DNA of 64,000 nt, taken from the NCBI GenBank assembly GCA_965153455.1, contig OZ234493.1, positions 36,384,213 through 36,448,212 on the forward strand, written 5' to 3'. The first letter of the stretch is position 1, and each line of letters starts with the position of its first letter. A program made the translations under genes and the position numbers. The DNA comes from Sphagnum compactum (lineage: Eukaryota). Shown here in pieces: positions 49,101 through 62,543 of this stretch. The notes under the pieces are model-generated. The model was not told where the DNA came from. It saw nothing but the letters and a program-made list of their open reading frames with translations, and searched no databases.

Positions 49101-52100
49101 TGTAGTGCATCTTTGAATTGGTCACTTAGTTCATTGTATTCAATTTGATGATGCTGCACTCAAGGTGTCTAAATCTACCAAAATGTGTTATATCTCATAG
49201 TAATCAAGTTGCAACCATCTAGTTTCTCTCTCAGATATCTTAGCTTGGATTTGAGAACAGGAGTTATTGAGTTTATTGCAAACTGCAAATGGATTGAAAT
49301 CAATTCTCCTGCTTAATGCATACAGATTATCGGAAATGGGAGGTTGCCATTGAAGATTGGCAGCAACCAGTTCTGAGGGATGAAAGCCTACCTGAATGGT
49401 GAGTGCAGATGAAACTTGTTCTCAACAGCTCTCATACTACTTATGTACCTTGGAGGGGCTTGATTTCTATACTACATCACAGCAGATTAGCTGTTCTCCT
49501 TTCTGCACCACAGTGAAGCCCACTTGGTCCTTGTTTATCTTTTTCCTTTTGTCTATTTTTTGTCTGTTTTTTCTTCCTATTGTGTGTAGTCTTCTATTTT
49601 TTGTTTTTCTCTATGTTTTCCCTTCTATAGTGTTTTGTGCGAGCCAGTGTCATGGCTGAGTCTGCCTGTTGCTTCAGGACTTGAGACAGAAACTCAGGAT
49701 GTAGGCTGGTGGTCACACTGGCCTATACCCACTGTAGGGAGCTGATGGAGTTGCTGGATAAGTTGTAATGGATAAGTTGCTATCATACATGCTACTGTTG
49801 ATGGTCCTTGAACAACTGAGAGACTACCAGTCTTGTTCATACTGCTATTGTTCTTCATTCAAGTCTACCCTTCAGTGTTTGTCTTCTGCCCAGTTCATCA
49901 GTCCTTATCTGATATACTTTCTTTGACTCCAAAGAAAAGTTTTGAACTTTGTTCTGGCCCTCTTAATCATGAATATGGAGATTTCTCATGAGAGTTATTT
50001 TTGCAGCACATTCATTCCTATTTTTCTGAAGTCAACTTCTCTTTTATAGAAAGGCCTCACGACAGATTTTCTATAATCAGGGTTAGGTGATTTAAAGGCT
50101 TGTGGCATTGAGTGAACATTCATTAGTGATCAGAAGAAAAGATCAGTGTAAACTGAATTTTCATTACTTCCTTCCTTTCAAGAAAGATTCATTATCTTTA
50201 ATGTCCATCTGGGTGTTTGTGGGTCTGCAGGTACCGAGTGACTCTCTTTAATGAGTTGTATTATCTGGTTGCTGGGGGCACACTTTGGACAGGTAGAGTA
50301 ATATGTGTTTGGCACAGCTTGGTCCTAGCCCTGTGTAAACCAGTTTCTCTTTGCCTCAGCCTGAACACCTGTCCCCCAAGTGATGATGACTCTGATCTCA
50401 ATTTTCTCTCTGTTGCAGATGGTCAACCAGCAATTGAAAGAGGCTCTGATCTCTTGTCTACAGATTCAGTCCCTGATGCCCTTCCACAAGATCCTATTAG
50501 CAAGATGGAGCCAATGCCTGCAACACCAGCTTTCATCCTTGCGCATGATAAACCGAGCCTGGACCATAAAGATGAGATTCCAAATGATGCAAAGCAGGGA
50601 GGTCTCCAGATGGAGAGTGATGAACCACCATTTGACAGCCCTGTCTCAAATGGCCACAGTGTAGTTGTTAATTACAACCCCTTCCTCACGGGATTGCAAG
50701 AAGAGCAAATGAAACGGATATTGGAGCTCGAACATGTGCAAGGAGTTGCAAGTTCTGAATCTCTCCCTCGTTTTACTGAAAAAGCAGAAAATGAAGCTAC
50801 CCTGGAGGCAGCCAACAGGTCTGAGGCAGAAGAGAATACAGAGCCAGCAGGAATAGAGACAGCAGAGGGATTGCTATTGAAGGCTATGGAGGCAGCAATG
50901 CCCCATGATCCAAAAGATGGATCATCTGGGCTCCCTTCTGGATTAGCCCTTCTCCAAAAAGGAGAAGAGAACATTGGTCAGTTTCTTTACTTGGAAGGCA
51001 TTGAGTACATCATGTGGTGTACATATGATGTGCACTTCTATGCCTCGTTCGCTCTCCTATCTCTCTTTCCTAAGCTTGAACTCAGCATCCAAAGAGATGT
51101 TGCAGCTGCCACTCTCTCCAACAATCCAGAGAAAGTTAGATACATGGCTGATGGAAAGACAGGTGTTAAAAAAGTTTTCGGTGCTGTACCACATGACCTT
51201 GGTCAGCATGATCCCTGGGTAGAGGTCAATGCTTACAATATTCATGATACAAGCCGTTGGAAGGACCTCAACCCAAAATTTGTGATTCAGGTTTGTTATA
51301 TACCCTTCGGTTAGAACTTCTTCCTGAATGCCTTTGAAGTTGTTGCAAGGTGGGTTTCTTGGCAGATTTTTGCTAGACATCAAGAAACTGAATTTCCAGA
51401 ACTGTTTTTCCTTAACCAGGTGTACCGGGATGTGGTAGCGACAGGAGACAGAGTATTTGCAAGGGCAGTCTGGCCTGCTGTCTTTGCAGCTATGGCATAC
51501 ATGGATCAATTTGACAGAGACAGGGATGGTCTGATTGAGAATGATGGGTTCCCTGACCAGACATATGACACCTGGACTGTGCATGGTGTCAGTGCATACT
51601 GTGGGGGTTTATGGCTAGCTGCTCTGCAAGCAGCAGCAGCCATGGCAGACATGGTAGAAGATAAGGATACTGCACAATACTTTCAAGCAAAATTCAGCCA
51701 AGCTCGTGCTGTGTATGAGAAAAAGCTATGGAATGGCTCTTACTTCAATTATGATTGTGGTACAAGCAGTAACAGCAACTCGATTCAGGTGAGAACTGTT
51801 GCATTAGTCTGATGGAGCATCCTGAGGACAAGCAGTGTAGGATTGAGAAATGTACTGTGTTAAAGATGGAAATTCAGGTCTAGTTCTGTCTCAGCAGAAT
51901 TTCCAGTGCTTCACATATTCCTGATTACAGAACTTATGCTATCTTGCAGGCAGACCAGATGGCTGGGCAGTGGTATGCTTGGGCTTCAGGGCTGCCTCCC
52001 ATCTTTGATGACTACAAAGCTCGCAGTGCACTACAGAAAATTTATGACTTCAATGTGATGAAAGTAAAAGGTGGTAAATGGGGGGCTGTCAATGGAATGC

Positions 52101-52987
52101 ACTCCAATGGAAAAGTTGACGAAACATGTATGCAGTCTCGGGAGATTTGGACAGGTGTTACTTATGCAGTTGCTGCTGCTATGATACATGAGGGCATGAA
52201 TGAACAAGCATTCACTGCAGCTGAGGGTGTGTTTCTTGCAGGCTGGTCTGACCTTGGGTAAGGGATCCATGAACTCCTTTTGTGCTTTTTACAATTTTAC
52301 TTGGAGTTTGCTTAACCCCTGTGGAGAACATCCTCTATATCTAAATCTTTGGATTTCTGTTGAATGCTTGGAAAATTGTTATGTAGTTTGCAGTAGTGTT
52401 CATTCTTATTTCATTACTATGCCGGTACCTGCTGGAACTTTTTGGCAGTTTAATCTGGCTTTGCTCTTCATCAGGTCCTTGCTCATTTGGGGGCCATTTC
52501 ATGACATGAAAAAATGACATTTATCTTAGTCTAAAAGGCAGGAAAATATATGGTGCTGGAACATATACTTCAGATTTGTGTGGAATCTTCTGGGAGAAAT
52601 ATCTCTGTCAGGAAGGGATCAGATTTATTGTGAAGCTTGAAGTACTTTCTGTATTGTAACAGATACTCTTTCCAGACACCAGAAGCATGGACAACAGATG
52701 GCCACTTCAGGTCTCTTGCATACATGCGACCACTTGCCATCTGGGGCATGCAATGGGCACTTAACCCCCATGCATCCTTGCTGGAAGCTCCTCGAGTCCC
52801 CTTGATGGAGCGAGGCTCCTCCCATGGCATTCACTGTGGCTTTTCTTCACTTGCAGATGCCCTCCGAAGCAATCCCATGCCACAGTTAAGAAACTCACAA
52901 TTAGAGAACTTCCTCAAACATGCACTTGTAGTAGGTGGAATTGCTGGTACAATGTACTTCATAGCTTCTGCATTAGCTCGGAAATGA
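43176..52987 (+). CDS. GBA2: Non-lysosomal glucosylceramidase (glycoside hydrolase family 116), 20 coding exons, 1093 aa
   Basis: Hand-spliced exons: 43176-43268, 44415-44525, 44694-44750, 44959-45032, 45234-45333, 45577-45662, 45816-45916, 46160-46263, 46401-46454, 46721-46776, 47338-47376, 47842-47986, 48349-48533, 48821-48888, 49326-49398, 50231-50292, 50419-51290, 51420-51788, 51950-52257, 52663-52987. Total 3282 nt, in frame. Motifs: [39 protein letters not shown] (nucleophile E), TYDVHFY, VPHDLG, WKDLN, DQTYD (acid/base D), [22 protein letters not shown]. Confidence 0.95.
47177..47256. mobile_element. 72-bp piggyBac-like miniature inverted-repeat element flanked by TTAA, in a GBA2 intron
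   Basis: TTAA|CCCCTAAACAT...ATGTTTAGGGG|TTAA. 47176-47191 is the exact reverse complement of 47242-47257. Confidence 0.55.
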
Positions 52988-55900
52988 ATTTCTGCCAGCT
53001 CCAAAAGAAGAGGGCATATTTTATTAGCAATATTGCATTGGTGTAATACATATTACATCAGGTCATTGAATTGTATGTCAACTGTAAAACAAACATTGAT
53101 CATTCAAGTGCCTATTCTTAACTCTTTTGATACAAGTGAGTAGATCCAGTATAAGTGCAGATCCTTTATATCTGACTCATGTTAGGTAATTTTACGAGTG
53201 GCTTGCACTGCTATCATAGAAATTGAGTTCCTATATATTATCTTTACCTTCAGATTCTGACGTTTAGAAGGTCATTATTTCCATTTTGTTCTATTAAGGT
53301 GAGAAGGGTCATAGTGATTATAGTTGGGCTGCCTGTCAAAGAGACTTATTATTAATCCTGTAATGGTTTTGTTAGCTGATCACTCCTGTTCTGGAGCGGC
53401 TTTTCATTCTGGTTTCCCATTCTGTCGAGGTTTGTTTCTGTACTTGAAATTCCTTCCTTTTGTATGTATTTTTGGGTATGCTCCTCATTTTTTCAGCATG
53501 ACTGTTTTGATTTATTGTTCAAAGGACCTGGATCAATTGACTGAACCCAGTGTTGTCTCACAGACAGGTATAGCTCATTTTGGCGAACATGCAAGTCAAC
53601 AGATGATGAGGAAACAGGAAACATTTTCTGTCGTCCTGAAGCATAGATCTCTGGTACAGTCTCTACTCCATCTGTTCATCCTGCATTAACTTCTTATGGA
53701 CCCTGGATCCATACAGAATTGAAGGTTGCATTGCCCTGAGGGAGAAGAGGGTCAGTCATGCTTGATGGTATCCTTTTATTTTGAAGAGCCAACTGCTTTG
53801 ATTATAAAGCTTGACTATTGGTTAGAGCAGAGAGCTTGGCTCTCTGGATGCACTAGAAAATCTCAGTTTGCAGCTTGTTTGTGATTTGACATGACATCTC
53901 TGCAGATACAGTACTTAAATTGCTATTTTAACCCTAGTTTTCTGGAACAGATTTCTAGCTAAAAACATCTTGGAGAACAATTCATAGGGATGTAAACAAG
54001 AAGCTGGAAGTCTGCATGGTCAAGTTCTACTACCAAGAAAATGTGATGGGTATACTGACATCCATAGGGAACCCAATTGCACCCAGGAAAACAAAGGGGG
54101 GTTTAGTACGAATCTTCACAGGACCTCAATTTGCTGCTCCACAGAGGCTACAACCAGTCCAAGGTTAAGACCCACTGGAACTTGTAATGTGCTCGCTGTT
54201 CTTAGTAGATGTTTAAAGTTTTACATTCTTTCATTAAGCCTGTAGTTCCAGTGTAGTCTGCTCCAGGATGGTATAGAGAATATGAAAGTATTTATTCTCT
54301 CCTAGCTGCAATTTGCTAGGAGCTATTTAAGTGCACTCCCTTTCCAAGGGGACTGACTCATTTTGAATTTCTCTTCTTTAATCCAATGTCAGTAAGCAAC
54401 CTACTAAAGAAATGCTTGTTGAGAAGGATCTTAAAACCGCAAATGCATTGCCGCCACTAGAACATTTCTATGTCTGTTCAGATTTGAGCTGTCAAGGTGC
54501 ATAGATGCTTGTCTGGTATCAAGGACAAGCTTTTGTGATTTTGTCCCACAGGCCAGAACCCTGCAAGGGACTTAGCAAATAAAGATAGTTGATATTCAAT
54601 ATTTTTTTTGAGAGACAGCTTTATCTAGGACACTTGTATAGATTCATTTCCATGACCAGAAAATATCAATCGCGAGTCTTTCTTAGTCTTCCTCAGAGAA
54701 GCTAAATTGTAAAACGCAACTGTGATGTTTGATGTTTGCTGATAATGGTCCATGCAGTCCATGTTACTGTGTTTAAAGATTTGAATCTGTGTTATATGCA
54801 GTGTTGTAGAGCAATATCCCAGTCATGAGTACAACTATGAACATGCTCATGCTTCAGAGTTGTAGGTTTGTTACATGCCCATGGTTGGATAAACTGACTT
54901 GGATTACTGCCTCCCTAATACAAGATCTTAAAGCAATAGTGAAGCTATTTGGTTTGCTTCGCTAATGTCAATGTGAACATGATGTGGGCTTTGTAGAGAT
55001 CTAGGAGATATGTGACAACTGTTTGTGTAGGGCGAAGGCTCACATGTGGGGATAAAAGCCCATGGATGGGTGAGTTACTGTTTGAGGGATCCTCGGAGGT
55101 GGTAACCATGTGGCTGGAGATGCGTTTGTCCAGGGGCCTCACCAAGCATAATGGCTTAGGCACCGTACAAACCGTGAGGCACCTCCAAGACGTGGAACTT
55201 TACATGCATAAGGTGCAACCTTCTTTGCCTCTGGGCCTATCCCACTGCATTATGTGTCAAACCCTATAACTAAGAAGTTCCAGCCAGAAACCCTTTATGT
55301 TTACATGCAGAGTGCATAAGCATTGTGCTCTGCTGCAGGGATTTATGCAGAGTTGAAAGATTTGTAGGATTTCATCTATTGGCACTCACAGCTCTTCTCC
55401 TTTTGTGGCATTGTGCTCTGCTGCAGAGATTCAACTTGGGATTCATCCAAGTTGAAAGATTGCTAGAATCACCTACTGGCACTCATGGTTATTCTCCTTT
55501 TGCGGTGAATGTGCAAAGGGGCTTCAGTTAGGAGGGAGAAGATCAGATTACAATCACAATGATAGTACCTCCGAAATTGGGAGATAAGTTCCTTTCTCAT
55601 CCAAATGTTTTTTGCCATTTTCTGGGTTGATAGCTTTCACCAACTTTCGTCATGCACTGCCCTTGATTTCATGTTTTCTTTCAACAAATTTCACATACTT
55701 TGAGTACTCAATTAATGTAATGGGGTCTCAAATAACGTAACATACATATATGAATACTCAATACAACAAAGTATAAACTTAAGCAACAGAATAAAAGAGA
55801 GGATGACATGTTATGATCTCATCATTTGTGTGGATGAAAATAGTGGTTGTTTCAGATAATGTAGCTGGAATGTTATTTTGTGAGCATGTGAGCACCATAG

Positions 55901-56072
55901 ATGAATGTAAAATATGAGTGAAAAACAAGGAACCAAAAGTGAGACTCTACAGCACAAGCAAAGAATAAGACCCCTCAAAACACAAAATAACCCAAACCAC
56001 CCTCAAGGCTTACAGTTGAATATGTTTTATAACTAATCCTAAACTAATGCAATCTAGAGTTAACTAACAGAA

Positions 56073-56402
56073 TCCTATATATTAATTCAAACAGTCCGTT
56101 TGTCTGTGACGGGGTTTTGGGGGGTGGGGGAGGGAGAGGCCGGTGAAGCAGCGGGCGGGACTGGGCAGGGACTGGGCACGGGCGGGCTGGGCTCGGGAGG
56201 GAGGCACGGCACGGACAGACTGGGCACGGGCGGGCACGGCACGGGTGGACTAGGCACGGACTGAGCACGAGCACGGGCACAGGCATGGGCACGGGCACGG
56301 GCACGGGCGGACTGGGCACGGGCTGAGCACGGACGGGTTGGGCACGACACGAACGGGCTGGGCACGGGCGGATTGTGTTCAAACATCACGGGTACCCACT
56401 AG
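56073..56402 (+). mobile_element. Miniature non-autonomous Helitron (330 bp) filled with (GGGCAC)n-type repeats
   Basis: A|TCCTATATATTAA start; end TCACGGGTACCCACTAG|T nearly identical to the 3' end at 36312; A|T target; GC-rich interior in an AT-rich flank. Confidence 0.8.
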
Positions 56403-57233
56403 TTAAATCTAACATTCTTGACAAGTTTCACATGAATTTCAACACAGCTTGAGCCATTTTCAAAAGGATATTCTTTGAATTGTAAACTTTATAACTCTCC
56501 CATGAATCCTACATCAAAATGGCAAAATTCATTTTGGAACACATTCTCTATTTTGCAACAAATGGTGTCCCTACAATCACAAAACCATAACTTTCTGAAA
56601 ATTCAACCAAATTGGGCATGCAGATTCATTTTGTTGTAAAAAATTTCAAGAACTTTTTAATGCCATGTCAATCTCCCAATTCAAATAAGATTTGCATCTC
56701 CACATTTCACAGGAATTCTTTTTCCACATTTCACTTTAAACGTATAAACTGCGCTTGTGGACAAACTTAAACACTTTGTCTTGATTTTTCAAACTTTCTT
56801 ACAAATCAAAAATGACCTTTCTTTGGGCATATGAAGGCATCACTTTAAATGGAATGCCAAACTTCGGTACCAACTCATCCTAAGCCCCGGATTTTTGGAT
56901 TGCACCCACCCTAATGTGTACCCTACAAGTAACAACCTTCGAGATTTTTCACTTGTTATTCAAAGGTGCTTCCCATCTGATATTTCAGACTCATGGGTTT
57001 GTTGCTTAGTTTAATTGGAGAAAATTCACTGTGTTGTGATAATGACTACATGTAATCATGATGAGTGAGAGAAAACTAAATCCATAGTTAATATGATATC
57101 CTAACTTGCTATGCAGGGGAAGGCATCATTGTCAAGACATTTCATCCTAGAACCTCAAGCTCCTAGGGTGGAATGCCACGATAACATTGATTTCCCTTAT
57201 ACACAAGAGTTATTCGTAAAGTCAGGAGACTAG

Positions 57234-57578
57234 GGGGCGAGAACAGCCAGTTTCGGCATAACAGGGCATCAAACCCATAACTTTATAAAACTGAGTTTCA
57301 TCGCTTGCAAGCGATAAAATTTTGGTGGTAAACTGAGTTTCATCCTGTCTACCCTTTTTCCTGAGAACCTCTATTGCTGCTACATATTTTCACTGCTCCT
57401 ACTTGTACAAGTACTCTAATTACTCTCGAACTTTGTGCATTAAATGCTGAGTTTCAGCATTTCATACCCAGATTTAATAAAATTTCCTTATTTTGCGGAT
57501 ACCACTGAAAGAAGGAATAAAGGGCTGAAAGTAGAGGAGATAGGGTGAAACAGAGGGCGACTTTACAGAAAACTTTAC
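57234..57578 (-). repeat. Inverted copy of the 31064-31428 dispersed repeat
   Basis: The reverse complement aligns with 31064-31428. Confidence 0.85.
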
Positions 57579-60500
57579 AATGTATCTATTAAGGAGGGGA
57601 ATTTGTTTGTTTTATTTTCCTTACAATAGCAACTACATTCTTAGTAGCAATGGAAAACCCTTGATGAATAAAGGTGCATTTAGAGGTGGTTTCACAATGT
57701 TTAGACTTACTTTGTAGGAGTCCAATGTTTTTATTAAAAAAATTGTGTGTTGGTCAAATGATAATCATCCATAAAAATAGTAGCCAAATTTTTCTATATT
57801 CAAAATATGAAAGTAGAAAACCTTAAGCAACTTCCATATTGCAAACACATTGTGCCAATTTTTTTAAATTTTGAATTTTGACCAACTTTTTATGTAATAA
57901 CCAAGTAATTTATGATAGAGAATTCCTTTTTCACAAAATGGAAATTTTTTGCCACAGAAAGAAAGCATTTTCAAAAGAGGATTTATTGAATATTGAACCA
58001 TTTCATCATTGAAAATTCAATAAAATCAAAACTAAATACTTTACGTGAATTGGGTTGCATTCTTGGTATTATTGGAAAGCTCTCCATGAGTGTGCTTTTA
58101 TGGAGGTTAATTCATAATCTTTAGACCTATTGCAAGGGGGACATTTAATTTTGAGGTTTTGTTGTTGCTAAATATATTCCTCCACACTTTTTGCTTGTTA
58201 CTCAATATATTCCTGCACATAATTCAAGAGTAAATCCACATGACAAGAATATTCTGTCAGGCTCTCATGCTTACATTCACTTGCTCACATTGCAACAACA
58301 TTGGGTTTAATATTTGGAGTGATATATTAGGAGGTGAATCCCTTGCGGGGAGGGAGGCAACAGCCCCATCAGTCATTAGAGAAATTGAGGAAATATAAGG
58401 GGGGGAGGAAGTGCCACGAAATGGCAGACCCGCCCTCCCCAAAGATGTGGCCGTGAAGCCATTCAGCCTTAAAGGCTTTTTCGATACAACTCTGAATGTT
58501 CTGATCTCTACTCTGGTAAGAAGATCTAATGGCCTTCCAGGAGGCCATGCCGACCTCGGCAATAACCTCCCAGGCCTGGAGTAAGACTCTCTTGAGAGAG
58601 TATTGGTCGTCAAAATGCCTTCGGCATCTTTCGAACCAGAGGTAGAAGAGGAGGAAGTTCCTTAGGATGTCGAAAGGTTGCCTTCGGTAGGAGAATCCAC
58701 CAGTGTGGTAGCAGTGGAGGTCCGGGGGTCATCGTCCTCCTCAAACACAGCTTCGCCGAGGAGCACAAAGGGCCAAGTGATGGCGAGGCGGTTGGCGCCT
58801 CCCACTCCTCCCAGACTCGGAGGAAGGCTTTCCACGCCAGTTGAGCGGGAAGGCAGTCCATGAGGCAGTGTTGAGCGGATTCCGGGAGTCCTTGCTCGCA
58901 GCCTTTGCAGGGGGCTTGGATTCCCATCGTTTGAAGCCAGGTGCCCACCGGTAGACTGTTGTTGAGGGTTAGCCAGGTGAGTGCCCCGACTTTTCGCGGG
59001 CGGGCGTTGTGCCACATCCTCGCAATGATTTGAACGACCCTGGAGTTGCGCAAATTTAAACGTTGGATGAAGGAAGTGATGTTGGGGGTGTGCTGGATTT
59101 TCCTGGAGTTTTGGTACCCTCTCTTGGAAGAGTAGCCGAAGAAAGGGGCGTCTCCCATGTTTTGCACTTTCTGCCAATGCCAATCTCCGGGGTCCCATGG
59201 GAGGTCAGAGATGAAACCAGTTTCGAAAATCCAGTAGAAGGGGGGTTTTTTACCTGGGAGCAGCAGGTCTTTGGCGGGCCTGAGCGTTGCTCCATGTCCA
59301 TCCTGGGCAAGCACTCTGACAGGCTCATATCCCTCCAGGGGGATAGAGATGTTCTGAATGTTGGTGGCTTGGATGCGGCCGGCGGGAGAAGATTTTCTGA
59401 ACTCCTTGGCGCTAGCCGTGGTTTGGGTTGCTTCCGTTATCTGATAGACCCATTCAGGCGAGACATTCCTATGAGCTTCCCTCTTGCTGACCCAGTCCCC
59501 CACCTGCGGCCTGCTGTTGAAGGTGGTTGGGTTCCAGGGAATATTGGCGATGATGAGGTCTTTGTTCTGCCTGTTGGCAGGGTGGAAGTTCACCCCAAGT
59601 GTAGAGAGGCCTTTCCAGTCTTGCAACTCGGGGTCCCAGAAGTCCTTGACCCTGGTGCAGCCGGCGTTGGCGAACGTGTTTCCTTCGCTTCTGTCACTGA
59701 GTCCAAGGGGTCTGCTTTATGCGTTGGTGATGAGGGGGTTCCTGAATACCGGCTGCTTGAGCAGCTCCGCGGTGTTAGTCGGTTCTGATTTGCACAAACC
59801 CGGCCTCACGCTCAACCTGGCACCTAGTATGCTCTTCCACAGGGAGCACGGTGGTCTTTTGAGTTTGGGGGCTGAAAACAGCCAGTTTATGTCCTGGGTG
59901 TTGGGGCCCGAGCCATGGACCGGGAGTCTGACCTGGTCGGCTTTGTGCTTCAGGAGCTCCTTCCAGGGTTCGCCTCCTGGTGCGAGGCCCCTGATGAGGA
60001 GCTTTGCTAGGAGTGCTTCCAATTGGGTTTTTGGGCCGATGATCCCTAGCCCTCCCTTGGTGGTCGGGAGGACTAGGGTATCCCACTTTACCTTCGCTCT
60101 GGCATTGGTGGCCTTCCCACCCCATATGAAGTTTCTCACGACCCCTCGGACCTCGCTGCACATCCTGGGATTTGGATTCCAGCATGCAGCCAGGTACCAC
60201 ATGGAAGCTAGGAGCACCTGGTTCGCCACCAGGATCCTCCCTGCTAGGGAGAGGTGGCAAATGCTCCAATTGATGAGCTTGCCCTTGAGCGCGATTAGCA
60301 TTTGTCAAAGTTGGCTTCCAGGGGGAGATGGAATCCGACCTGGATTCCCAAGTATCTCACCCCTTTGCTTTCCGGGACCCATTAGAGTCCCACCTCCTGG
60401 CCCCATTCCCAATTTTTGCTTCTTCTACTGGCCCATATCGCAACCGTCTTGTTCCAGTTTACTTTAGCTCCTGAAGCCTTGTAGAAGAGGTTCAGGACTC

Positions 60501-61467
60501 CTTGAGCCCTATCCATGTTAGAGTGTGAGCCTTGTAGGTAGAGCGCGGTATCGTTCGCAAAGGTCTAGTCTATGATGCGTCCTCCTCTCGGGAGGGACAA
60601 ACCCTCCACCCCAAAGCGTTGGTCATCTAACATGTGCCCGAGCACATCCGTGGCCAGGATAAAGAGATAGGGGGCAAGCGGGCACCCCTGCCTAACTGAC
60701 CTGGCGAGGGGAAAGCTGCTCCCCACCACCCCGTTGAACTTGATCGCCGATGAGGCTAAGTGGTACAGGGAACGCACCCAGTGGATCCACTGGTTGCAAA
60801 ATCCAAGCTTAGCCAAGGCTTCGAACAGGAATCCCCACTCGATCCTGTCGAAGGCTTTCTCGAAATCCAGAAGTAACAAGATCAGGTCCTAGTCACTCTC
60901 CTCAGCCCAGTCCAGGGCCTCCTGCACCAGGAAGGTGTTGTTGAGGATACTCCTCCCCTCCACAAACCTGGTCTGGCTGGGCTTGACTATGCTTGGAAGG
61001 AAAACTTGGAGTCGCCTGGCCAACATTGTGGCCAGGATCTTATAAGGGCTGCCTAACAGGGTTATCGGGCGCCGGTTACCTAGTCTGGCGTGGTCTCTAG
61101 ACTTGGGGATTAAGGTTATGAGACCTTTGTTGATCAGCTCAGAGGTTGCCCCCGTGCTGAGCATAACTCTGAGCAGAGTTGGGGATATTTCCTTTGTGAA
61201 TTCCTGAAAGAACTCAGTGGGGATGTCGTCGCTCCCCGGAGCTTTGTCCTTTGGCATCGCCGTGATGGCGTCCTGGACCTCTTTGAGAGTGAGCTCTTTG
61301 ATCAGCTTGATGTTCATCTCAGTAGAGACCCTGGTCGGGGTGCTGGCCCAGCATACCTCCCGGGCTTCAGTGGTGCCGGGGGCGTGTGCTTCCGAGGCAT
61401 AGAGGTGCATATAGAAGGAGCGCACATAGTGGGCCAGGTCTGCCTGGCCCGTGATTTCCCCGTCGTC

Positions 61468-61608
61468 TGTTGTGAGTTCTTTAAGCGGCGTCCTTTTCCT
61501 GCCTATGCGGTGGAAATCAAAGAACTGCTTGGAGCAGGTGTTGTGAGTTCTTTAAGCGGCGTCCTTTTCTTGCCTATGCGGTGGAAATCAAAGAACTGCT
61601 TGGAGCAG
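61468..61608. repeat. 71-bp tandem duplication inside LINE ORF2, causing a frameshift
   Basis: TGTTGTGAGTTCTTTAAGCGGCGTCCTTTTC...GGAGCAG starts at 61468 and again at 61539. Confidence 0.92.
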
Positions 61609-62543
61609 ATATCGCCATACCTGAACCAGGTTGCTGCGGTGAGCTGATGGTTCCGGGCTACCTGTTTTTGCAGGGAGTCGGCCATGTGGCCTTGTGCTTC
61701 CGAGAGGATGCTCCTGACTGCTTCATCCTCAGGGTCACTCTGAAGTTGTATTTCTACCAGGCGGATTTTCTGTTGTAGGGCTCTGAATCGAGTTCCTTTT
61801 GCGCGTTTTTTTTCCTTCGCTAGGCGAGTACTGCATTTGAGTACTCTGTCAGTTGCTACTTCCAGCCGGCCCGCCCACTCGGTGTCGTGTCTGGGTGGGG
61901 GCTCTATGCCTTTCCAGGCTTCGAAGAGGGCGACCTTGCTCTCTTCCTCCCTTAGGAGGGAGCACTCAAAGTAGGGAGTAGTTGTAGGCGAGGTGGATGT
62001 GCGACCCCATATTGTCATGTCTAAAGGGGAATGGTCTGAAATTCTTCTTATGGAGGGAGCGGGTTCAATTCTCCCTCCTCTGAAATCGATCTCATGTGAG
62101 ACAAGAAACTTGTCTATTCTGGAGACGACTGACCCTGAGCCCACTCTCCCGTTGTCGTATGTGTAGTCTTTTTTTGTCATCTTTCTGAAACTATCCAAGT
62201 TCTAGGCGTCCATCAGACCGTATTGCAGGGTCAGGTGGTGCCAGGAGGCGGCCTCCCTCCTGTGCATCCTTCTTTCCCCCGCCCTGCCTCTGCAATCGAC
62301 TTCTTCCAGGTGATTAAAGTCTCCTCCTATTATAACGTGGTCGGCTGTGAACTCAGCTTCACTTATCCTTTTCCACAAGGGGGCCCTATCCCTGGAGGAT
62401 CTGGGTGCGTAAGTGTTGATGATTGTCAGTTCGGAGCTATCCGGGAGGTGGAGGGTTATGTACTGAACTCTCCCTTCAGTTAGGATTCCATTTTCCATGA
62501 TTAGATGTGCGGTCGCCCTGTTCGCCAGGATGGCGGTCCCGGC

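Noticed and set aside
54972-55305. Possible short solo LTR (TGTGAACAT...ATGTTTACA)
   Set aside because: The inverted repeat is imperfect, the TSDs do not match, and there is no second copy in the window.
56044-56389. Pro/Cys-rich ORFs
   Set aside because: Translations of the GGGCAC minisatellite inside the mini-Helitron.
59063-60467. Long + strand ORFs (241 and 327 aa)
   Set aside because: Antisense shadows of the GC-rich LINE ORF2.
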